NCBI GenBank assembly: GCA_048938005.1
Contig: JBHLMQ010000022.1
Coordinates: forward strand, 1 to 24,000
DNA length: 24,000 nucleotides
Direction: 5' to 3'
Source of the DNA: Promethearchaeota archaeon
GTDB lineage: Archaea; Asgardarchaeota; Lokiarchaeia; Sigyniarchaeales; SOKP01
The notes below the pieces were generated by a model. That model did not search any database, had not been told where the DNA came from, and was given only the letters and a program-made list of their open reading frames with translations. Numbering within the stretch: the first letter of the stretch is position 1; every line of letters starts with the position of its first letter. Made by a program: the position numbers and the translations under genes. Positions 6,571 through 12,800 of the stretch are shown piece after piece.

Positions 6571-7284
6571 TTACAAAGAAGGGAAATACCATTGTTTCCC
6601 TGTTAGGATATTTTCCCTAAATTTAGCTACCCCACTCTTTTCGAGAGATTCTAAGGCTCGAAGAGCACGATCTTGCGACCATTCTAAATTAGCGCACACA
6701 TCTTCTAAAGTAAGAACTCCTTTCTCTTTAGCTAAATCAACAACTTTTGCTTCATCGCCTGTATATTGAATAGGAAAAAACCGTACAATAATAGCTCCTG
6801 AATCTAATTGGATAATATCTTCAATAACTCTTGTCTTTTTCAACATTTTCAACGCCTTTTCAACATCTTTTATTTCGACATTCCCTTTCAAAATACCCGT
6901 ATTTACTAGTTCAAACACTTCTGATAATGGGATTATGCCTCCAGTTTCTTCTTTACTCATCAAAACTCTCTGATATGCTAACATCCCTAACTTCTCGTGA
7001 TCAATTTTGGAGAATTTCCTCAATACATCATGCTCTGTAATTTGTTCAGTAATAATTTTTGAAGATGGAATGTTATATTTTTTTTGCAATTCTTTTACTT
7101 CTTCTCTTAATTCTGGTGTTAAAGCTAATAAAACTCCATGTTTCTTAGCTAATTCTCTAAGATTATCTTTTGTAAATTTTTCAACTGCAGCTTTTGCTTG
7201 TATATCTTTCATTTTCAGTTCTGCTGCCTTCTTTTTCATCGCTTCTTTTAAATCAATCTCATCTTCTATCTTTCGAATGCCCAT
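6571..7284 (-). CDS. ESCRT-II Vps22/Vps36 (EAP30/SNF8)-like protein
   Basis: 237 aa, aligning over the full length with human SNF8/EAP30.
- 'FTKDNLRELAKKHGVLLALTPELREEVKELQKKYNIP' corresponds to 'FKTNLEEFASKHKQEIRKNPEFRVQFQDMCATIGVDP'.
- 'ETGGIIPLSEVFELVN' corresponds to 'RNGGLITLEELHQQV'.
- 'VVDLAKEKGVLTLEDVCANLEWSQDRALRALESLEKSGVAKF...GKQWYFPSL' corresponds to 'VLQLAEKNGYVTVSEIKASLKWETERARQVLEHLLKEGLAWLD...EAHYWLPALF'. Confidence 0.82.
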   Translation of the reverse strand: MGIRKIEDEIDLKEAMKKKAAELKMKDIQAKAAVEKFTKDNLRELAKKHGVLLALTPELREEVKELQKKYNIPSSKIITEQITEHDVLRKFSKIDHEKLGMLAYQRVLMSKEETGGIIPLSEVFELVNTGILKGNVEIKDVEKALKMLKKTRVIEDIIQLDSGAIIVRFFPIQYTGDEAKVVDLAKEKGVLTLEDVCANLEWSQDRALRALESLEKSGVAKFRENILTGKQWYFPSL

Positions 7285-7363
7285 TTTTAGATAACACTAT
7301 TTTTTAATACCTTTATTGATTAATAATAATAAAACTTCTTATTTCTTTTTATTTTTATTAACA

Positions 7364-7942
7364 ATGAGCAATATTTTGAGTTTTAGACAGATCAACGAAA
7401 TTGAAAAAGAAATAATGATTACTTCTCTTTCAAAGATCTCTTCAGAATTTTCACAGATTATTGAGAATTATAGAACATTTTTATATATTTCAATAGAAAG
7501 GGCAGTATCTAAAAACAAATTTCCCAATATTTTTTTAATTTCAAAAGATCAAGTTAGGTTATTACATTCTTTAAACAACAATAAAATTATCTCAGCCGGT
7601 TTATATTTTGGATTTATCAAGAAAGGTAATTTTTATTTAAGCTTAGAAGGTGCGGAATTTCTATATAAACAAGATATTTTTTCTGATTTTAAAAGACTTT
7701 ATATTAACGAGAAAGGAGAAAAGTCTATTCTATATGGAAATAATATTTTAAAAAAAATGGTTATCAAACCACCTTCAAATCTCCAGAAACAAGATTTTTT
7801 ATTAGTCTTTAACGAAATTGATGAAATAATAGCTATTGCCCAATCTAAAGTTGAGAATATAAAGTTCAAACAGTTAAAATCTAATGAAATTATTGCTGTT
7901 AACTTAAGTGATAAAGGACTTTATTTAAGGAAAAAGCAATAA
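7364..7942 (+). CDS. nip7: NIP7-like ribosome-biogenesis / PUA-domain RNA-binding protein
   Basis: 'KIISAGLYFGFIKKGNFYLSLEGAEFL', 'GEKSILYGNNILKKMV', 'FLLVFNEIDEIIAIAQSK' and 'NLSDKGLYLRK' parallel human NIP7 '[28 protein letters not shown]', 'AEQSFLYGNHVLKSGL', 'VVVYSMADIPLGFGVAAKS' and 'HQADIGEYVR'. The track ORF starts at a TTG (7316) and adds a hydrophobic low-complexity leader. The ATG at 7364 (MSNILSF...) is preferred. Confidence 0.75.
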   Translation: MSNILSFRQINEIEKEIMITSLSKISSEFSQIIENYRTFLYISIERAVSKNKFPNIFLISKDQVRLLHSLNNNKIISAGLYFGFIKKGNFYLSLEGAEFLYKQDIFSDFKRLYINEKGEKSILYGNNILKKMVIKPPSNLQKQDFLLVFNEIDEIIAIAQSKVENIKFKQLKSNEIIAVNLSDKGLYLRKKQ

Positions 7943-8210
7943 AAAACATAGTTAGTATATTTCAAAATATAAAAATATAAGGACTAAATTTTGACAAACT
8001 ACAATTTTGTAAAAGATTTTTATACCTTTGATTCGTTTAAAGGGAGGATTTCACCCTAGTTTCTCCCAAAACCTTTAAGTTAAATTAATGCATGAATTAT
8101 TTCATTTTTTGTAAATATAAATTCATTAGGACCAAATTTTTACAAAAAGTCATAAAAAGAGAAAAAAACGTTATTAATTTTCAAAAAATATGATTCTTTA
8201 AATTTGTGAA

Positions 8211-9539
8211 TTAATTATAATGCTCTCCATTTTTTTCGTAGTTTTTATTTAATAACTTAATCTCTTCATCCGAAATTTGTTTCATCTCATCTTCTAGCTC
8301 ATCATAGAGTTTTATAAACTCAGATGGGAAGGAGAGAGGAGATTTTATCAATTCAGCTTTAATAGATTGAAATTGTTCTTCATCTGTAAATATTTTTTTG
8401 AGTTTATTTTCCAATTCTAATGGAATTTTCAAAAATCTACCCGTTAATAATAGAGGTTGTTTTTTACTTTTTATAATTTTGTAAGGAAAATTGGAAAAAT
8501 ATTTTTCAATCAATTCAAATGCGCTTTCATATTGAGACATATCTTTAACCGATTTTTTTAATTCTCGCTCAAATTTTTTCTCGAAATCTTGTGTAAAATT
8601 CAAAACAGACTCACGTAACAATTTGGAAGATTTAGATGCGACTAAACCCACTGTAATTGATTTTGATTCATTCAAAATCAAAATACCTTCTTCCAAATTG
8701 ATATCTAATAAACCCCCAATATTCATTAGTTCTTCGCTCATGAGTTGAACAGCATTTAAAAATCCTGTAAATATATCTTCATCGATGTTTAATTCAGTCC
8801 AATCATGATCGTATATTGGATAACCTTCTCTATCTTTTACAACTAATCTATATATGGTGAATGGTAATATGTATAGCAATTTTGGTTCTTTTATAATAGC
8901 AATGATAAAGATTAGAATTCCTAAACCCATCATAATATCTGCATATACAATAAATATTGGCTCCAAATAAAAAAATATATACACGATAAGAGAAGCTGGT
9001 AGAGCAAGGCAAATACCTAGGAATAATATTAAGGCTTCTTTTTTAATTAAAAAAGGAGCATTTAACCAAGTTTTAAAACCCCAATAAAAAAGGATAACCA
9101 CTCCAGAAATTTGAAACAAATCACCCATTATCGCTAAAATACCGGCCCAATTTACATTAAAATATCCAGATTCGAATACAATTACAGCAGTTCCTGGTAA
9201 AAATATTGAATAACATGCTATTGAACCTAAAATACAGATTATGATTAAACCTACGGATTTAAAAGATTCTGAAATAACATAATTCACTCCTATTACTAGA
9301 AAAATTATGGCAAAAACAACGAAAATTAAGCTAATTTTTGATAATATTTGGTTCACTAAAAGAATTGTTAGGCAATCAATATAAAAATATATGGCAATTA
9401 AAAGGATACCTAGTCTAATAAAAAACAACGATTTTATTTTTTTTGTTTTAGGTTCAAAATAAGTTAATGCTGAAGCTATTAGTGTTATTGTCGCAACATA
9501 CAAATCCACTATTGCTTCAGGTGCCCAGTTTAATTCCAT
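8211..9539 (-). CDS. Polytopic membrane protein with a cytoplasmic longin/roadblock-like domain and a helical acidic tail
   Basis: 442 aa. Residues ~1-218 are successive hydrophobic helices. Residues ~225-330 (nt ~8550-8867), 'IYRLVVKDREGYPIYDHDWTELNIDEDIFTGFLNAVQLMSEELMNIGGLLDINLEEGILILNESKSITVGLVASKSSKLLRESVLNFTQDFEKKFEREL', show the beta-beta-alpha-beta-beta-beta-alpha pattern and the 'GFL.A...F' signature of longin/sybindin/roadblock-type domains. The domain assignment comes from pattern recognition only. Confidence 0.6.
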   Translation of the reverse strand: MELNWAPEAIVDLYVATITLIASALTYFEPKTKKIKSLFFIRLGILLIAIYFYIDCLTILLVNQILSKISLIFVVFAIIFLVIGVNYVISESFKSVGLIIICILGSIACYSIFLPGTAVIVFESGYFNVNWAGILAIMGDLFQISGVVILFYWGFKTWLNAPFLIKKEALILFLGICLALPASLIVYIFFYLEPIFIVYADIMMGLGILIFIIAIIKEPKLLYILPFTIYRLVVKDREGYPIYDHDWTELNIDEDIFTGFLNAVQLMSEELMNIGGLLDINLEEGILILNESKSITVGLVASKSSKLLRESVLNFTQDFEKKFERELKKSVKDMSQYESAFELIEKYFSNFPYKIIKSKKQPLLLTGRFLKIPLELENKLKKIFTDEEQFQSIKAELIKSPLSFPSEFIKLYDELEDEMKQISDEEIKLLNKNYEKNGEHYN

Positions 9540-9594
9540 GTTTCCTATTTACTCCTCTATTAATATATTAGTATTTCTATTTTAATATTTAAAT

Positions 9595-10314
9595 TCATTC
9601 AACTGTATTTGTTTTTTTAGTTAATATTCGAACAATAAAATCTTTCTTATTTGGATTTATATAAATCAAGTTATCTAATTCTTCTTTTACTAATAAAATT
9701 TTATGTTCAATTAAACCATTGATTCGATAATACACATTTTCTCTTTTTTCATTGATTAACTTATAAATTTCTGATTTTTTAAGTGATTCTTGCTCAGTTA
9801 TTAAATTAACAATTTTCATATTAATTTTGTCTCCTAACAAAAAATTAAGAATTCCCATTTCCCTATCCATTTCATATGGAAGAAAAACAGAGTAGTTCCC
9901 AACTTTTATTTTTTTAATATATTCGAATTTCAATAGCATCTCTAAATGCCAGATTAATTGCCCCGAACTTACTAAATTGTCTGTTTGATTATCTTTTAAA
10001 ATTTTTCTAATTAAAGAGTAATGAACTGCTCCATTTTTTTTAATGAAGCGAAAGATATTATATCTCAATCTATTTGAAAGTACAGTTTCTTTAGAAAATT
10101 TGGAGCCTTCTATTAATATCTTTTTATTAATCAAAAAATGGATGATAGATATTAATCCGCTTTTCGGTATTTTTAATCGTTTTTTTGCTAAATTATATAA
10201 ATTCTCTAGGTTGAGAATTTTATTTTTATTCATAATTTCCTCAGCTATCTCCAAAACTCTCTTCACACTTGGATGTTCTAATCCAATTGGTGTAGTTAGA
10301 ATCTGAGTTTTCAT
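9595..10314 (-). CDS. Multi-winged-helix (2-3 wHTH repeats) protein, putative DNA-binding regulator
   Basis: 239 aa with three successive ~65-aa segments that look like winged-helix domains. Examples: 'RLRYNIFRFIKKNGAVHYSLIRKILKDNQTDNLVSSGQLIWHLEMLLKFEYIKKIKVGNYSVFLP' and 'MKIVNLITEQESLKKSEIYKLINEKRENVYYRINGLIEHKILLVKEE'. It lies 55 nt upstream of the membrane-longin gene on the same strand. Confidence 0.6.
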   Translation of the reverse strand: MKTQILTTPIGLEHPSVKRVLEIAEEIMNKNKILNLENLYNLAKKRLKIPKSGLISIIHFLINKKILIEGSKFSKETVLSNRLRYNIFRFIKKNGAVHYSLIRKILKDNQTDNLVSSGQLIWHLEMLLKFEYIKKIKVGNYSVFLPYEMDREMGILNFLLGDKINMKIVNLITEQESLKKSEIYKLINEKRENVYYRINGLIEHKILLVKEELDNLIYINPNKKDFIVRILTKKTNTVE

Positions 10315-10331
10315 ATTAGAGATAACCTATT

Positions 10332-10718
10332 TTATTCTATGACGTAAATCGAATTATAATGCTCCTTATCAGATATCATATATAATTCTTTTTTTAAATT
10401 GTTGAATAAGCATATAAATTCTGAAAATGTTCCCTTTGGGGCTTTCAGAATTTCAAGTTTTACTAATTTCCTAACTTTGGCATCTTTAATAGATTTATCA
10501 AGAATTCTATAAAGATTGTTCCTTAATAAATATAGAAATAAATTATCCTTAAAAATATATATTTTGAATATAGGTCTTAAAATTTTTGGTAATGTTAATA
10601 ACTTGTAATTTTTTCTGTTTAATTTTTGAATCCTACCTTTAGATTTTGAGATTAAATCCTCTGTTCTTCTTAAAGTATTTGATTTCCTATTACTGCCTTT
10701 TTTTATTGAATTCTGCAT
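10332..10718 (-). CDS. Small basic hypothetical protein
   Basis: 128-aa ORF with a Lys/Arg-rich N-terminus (KKGSNRKSNTLRRTEDLISKSKGRIQKLNRKNYK). It ends 17 nt before the wHTH gene on the same strand. No recognisable motif, so the coding status rests on ORF length and operon context. Confidence 0.45.
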   Translation of the reverse strand: MQNSIKKGSNRKSNTLRRTEDLISKSKGRIQKLNRKNYKLLTLPKILRPIFKIYIFKDNLFLYLLRNNLYRILDKSIKDAKVRKLVKLEILKAPKGTFSEFICLFNNLKKELYMISDKEHYNSIYVIE

Positions 10719-10752
10719 AGTAATGAAATTTTTTTTTCTTACGAGGATTCCT

Positions 10753-10771
10753 TGATAAATTTAATTTATCA
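10753..10771. promoter_or_regulatory. 19-bp perfect palindrome, candidate operator
   Basis: TGATAAATT-T-AATTTATCA (9-bp arms, 1-nt centre), located 35-53 nt upstream of the start codon at 10718 of the three-gene minus-strand operon that encodes the multi-wHTH protein. Confidence 0.3.
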
Positions 10772-10831
10772 GATAGAAGAGAATTAAATTTGTCCTATAA
10801 AATTGTGTAGACCAAAATTCTACAAATAAAA

Positions 10832-11737
10832 TTAATCCAATTTTTCAAAAAGACAGAAATAAAATCCTATGGTATCATGGATATGAGGATATAATCTTTG
10901 TGAGAATTTCAAATCCTCTATCAAGGTGGTTCCAAAAACCTTAATTAATCCTTTCACACCATAATTCTCGGAAATTTTAATTATAGTAAAATTATTTAAC
11001 ATATTTAACACACTATGAACAACTAACTCATTTTCTTCGGGAGCAATTGAACATGTACAATACAAGAGTCTCCCTCCTGATTTTAATGCGGTTAATCCTG
11101 CTTTTAATAACTTCTTTTGAATTGAAGCCATCTGTTCGATATCTTTCATTCTTTTATTTTTTTTTCTAATCGGATCTTGTCTTATTAATCCTTCTCCTGT
11201 GCATGGAGCATCTAAAAGAATTTTATTCGCTTTGATGTTTAATTTTGATAAATTAATAGAATCCATATTAAGGGCAATTGAATTAATAATTCCCATTCTA
11301 CGTAAATTAGTTTCTAAAGCAGGAATTCTATTTTTGTTTTTTTCAATTAAAATTAACCTGCCTTCATTTTTCATTAATTGAGCTATATGTGTTGCTTTAC
11401 TTCCAGGAGCAGCACACATATCAATTACAGTATCATTAGACTTAGGATCGAGAATAATAGCAGAAAGCATTGAAGCAACATTTTGTAAATAGTAATAGCC
11501 TTGGAGAAATTCATGTAAAGAACCTAAACTATAGGTTTCCTTAATTATTTTAAATCCATAAGGAATCCATTTAATTGGTTCTAACTCGAATCCTTTTTTT
11601 TCTAATCTTTTCTTTAGTTCTAAGGTAGATATCTTAAGAGTATTGACTCGTATTGATGGTATTAATGGTTGCTCATTTGCCCTTAATAAATTTACAGTTT
11701 CATCAATACCAAGAAATTGAATATATCTTTCTATCAT
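10832..11737 (-). CDS. NOL1/NOP2/Sun-family RNA (cytosine-C5)-methyltransferase
   Basis: 301 aa. SAM motif I 'VIDMCAAPGSKATH', motif IV 'ILLDAPCTGEGLIRQDP' (Pro-Cys) and motif VI 'GGRLLYCTCSIAPEENE' (Thr-Cys). Confidence 0.88.
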   Translation of the reverse strand: MIERYIQFLGIDETVNLLRANEQPLIPSIRVNTLKISTLELKKRLEKKGFELEPIKWIPYGFKIIKETYSLGSLHEFLQGYYYLQNVASMLSAIILDPKSNDTVIDMCAAPGSKATHIAQLMKNEGRLILIEKNKNRIPALETNLRRMGIINSIALNMDSINLSKLNIKANKILLDAPCTGEGLIRQDPIRKKNKRMKDIEQMASIQKKLLKAGLTALKSGGRLLYCTCSIAPEENELVVHSVLNMLNNFTIIKISENYGVKGLIKVFGTTLIEDLKFSQRLYPHIHDTIGFYFCLFEKLD

Positions 11738-11879
11738 ATAGGGGAGATACCCATATTCTTCTGCGAGTTTTCTTGCATCTTTCCGTAATTGAGAAATTGA
11801 AATGTCAACTCGATTTCAATCTATTAATACTAATAAAAAATAATAAATTATAATTGTTATTAGAGAAAAAATTAGCGTT

Positions 11880-12488
11880 ATGATTGAAGTAGAAATTAAA
11901 GTTAAAATCTCAAATCCAGACCTAATTCGAAAGAAGTTTGAAAAAAATAACGGAATTTATAAAATTTCCCTTGTTCATGAGGATACTTATTTTAATATGC
12001 CGAAAGGTCTGAGAGATTTTAAAAAAACTGATGAGGCTTTAAGATTGAGGAAGTCCATTGAATTTAGCAAAAATGAAGTATCAAAAAAACCAGTTATCAA
12101 TCATTTTATTACTTATAAGGGAAAGAAAATGGATCTCTACACAAAAACGCGTAAAGAACTTGACATTAAAATAGAAGACATTGAAAACATGAAATTACTA
12201 CTTGAAAATTTGGGGTTTCAAGAAATCTTTACCGTTAAGAAAGAAAGAGAATTATATGAATTTGAATTTAATAATTACCTTATTGAAGCATTAATTGATT
12301 ATTTACCAATATTGAACCAATATTTTCTAGAAGTTGAATTTTTATTAGATTCTCCCAAAAATCTTGAGGTTTCTAAAAAACTCCTATTCGATTTTTTGGA
12401 TATGCTTGGTATTAAGAAAGAAGAATCTATTAGAAAATCATATTTAGAACTGATTGCTGAAAAACTTAAAGGAAATCTAAAGAGTTAA
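11880..12488 (+). CDS. CYTH-domain protein (triphosphate tunnel metalloenzyme / class IV adenylate cyclase-like)
   Basis: 202 aa. N-terminal ExExK motif 'MIEVEIKVKI', 'DEALRLRK', 'ITYKGKK', 'TRKELDIKI', 'VKKERELYEF' and a C-terminal 'FLEVEF', which is the typical CyaB/ThTPase strand pattern. Confidence 0.8.
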   Translation: MIEVEIKVKISNPDLIRKKFEKNNGIYKISLVHEDTYFNMPKGLRDFKKTDEALRLRKSIEFSKNEVSKKPVINHFITYKGKKMDLYTKTRKELDIKIEDIENMKLLLENLGFQEIFTVKKERELYEFEFNNYLIEALIDYLPILNQYFLEVEFLLDSPKNLEVSKKLLFDFLDMLGIKKEESIRKSYLELIAEKLKGNLKS

Positions 12489-12505
12489 AGAGTATATGTA
12501 TTAAA

Positions 12506-12784
12506 TTATTTCTTTAAATCTTTATATTGCCCATCCATGATTTGTGCTATGTATCGTCTTCCCTTAATAATCCACATTATTTTATGTCCTTCTCTTGCTT
12601 TTTTACCCCACTCGGATTTCTTATTACGATTTTGTTCAATATATCGATACCCAAAAAGATCCACATATTTTACACCACTTGAGAACTTTTTTATAGAGTA
12701 TTCAATCTCGTCAATTTCAACGCTTTTTTTTCCTTCAAATATAGCATCAAATATCTTCAAACCATTTTCTTTTATTTTTTCCAT
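12506..12784 (-). CDS. Small hypothetical protein, translationally coupled to the upstream HD-domain gene
   Basis: 92-aa ORF preceded by a perfect Shine-Dalgarno sequence. Contains 'YIEQNRNKKSEWGKKAREGHKIMW', a conserved-looking stretch I cannot assign to a named family. Confidence 0.6.
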   Translation of the reverse strand: MEKIKENGLKIFDAIFEGKKSVEIDEIEYSIKKFSSGVKYVDLFGYRYIEQNRNKKSEWGKKAREGHKIMWIIKGRRYIAQIMDGQYKDLKK

Positions 12785-12792
12785 ATTTCTAA

Positions 12793-12800
12793 ATCACCTC
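12793..12800 (-). promoter_or_regulatory. Shine-Dalgarno ribosome-binding site overlapping the upstream stop codon
   Basis: The minus strand reads aTTTGAGGTGATttagaaatATG. GAGGTGAT is an 8-nt complement of the 16S rRNA 3' end and sits 8 nt before the ATG at 12784. The TGA stop of the HD gene (12801-12799) overlaps the first two SD bases. Confidence 0.55.

Noticed and set aside
3527-7942. Upstream TTG/GTG starts given by the ORF track for the ESCRT-III (4156), Vps25-like (5650) and NIP7-like (7316) genes.
   Set aside because: In each case an ATG lies a few codons downstream: 4147 (MGFLKD), 5653/5662, and 7364 (MSNILSF). These give N-termini that match family expectations. The 7316 extension in particular adds a hydrophobic low-complexity leader that is atypical for NIP7.
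8035-8078. Imperfect hairpin (TTAAAG-GGAG ... CTCC-CAAAAC-CTTTAA) between the convergent NIP7-like and membrane-protein genes, considered as an ncRNA or terminator.
   Set aside because: The stems are short and interrupted by a bulge, and there are no flanking conserved boxes. Archaeal termination generally relies on T-tracts, which are everywhere here. The evidence is insufficient to call a feature.
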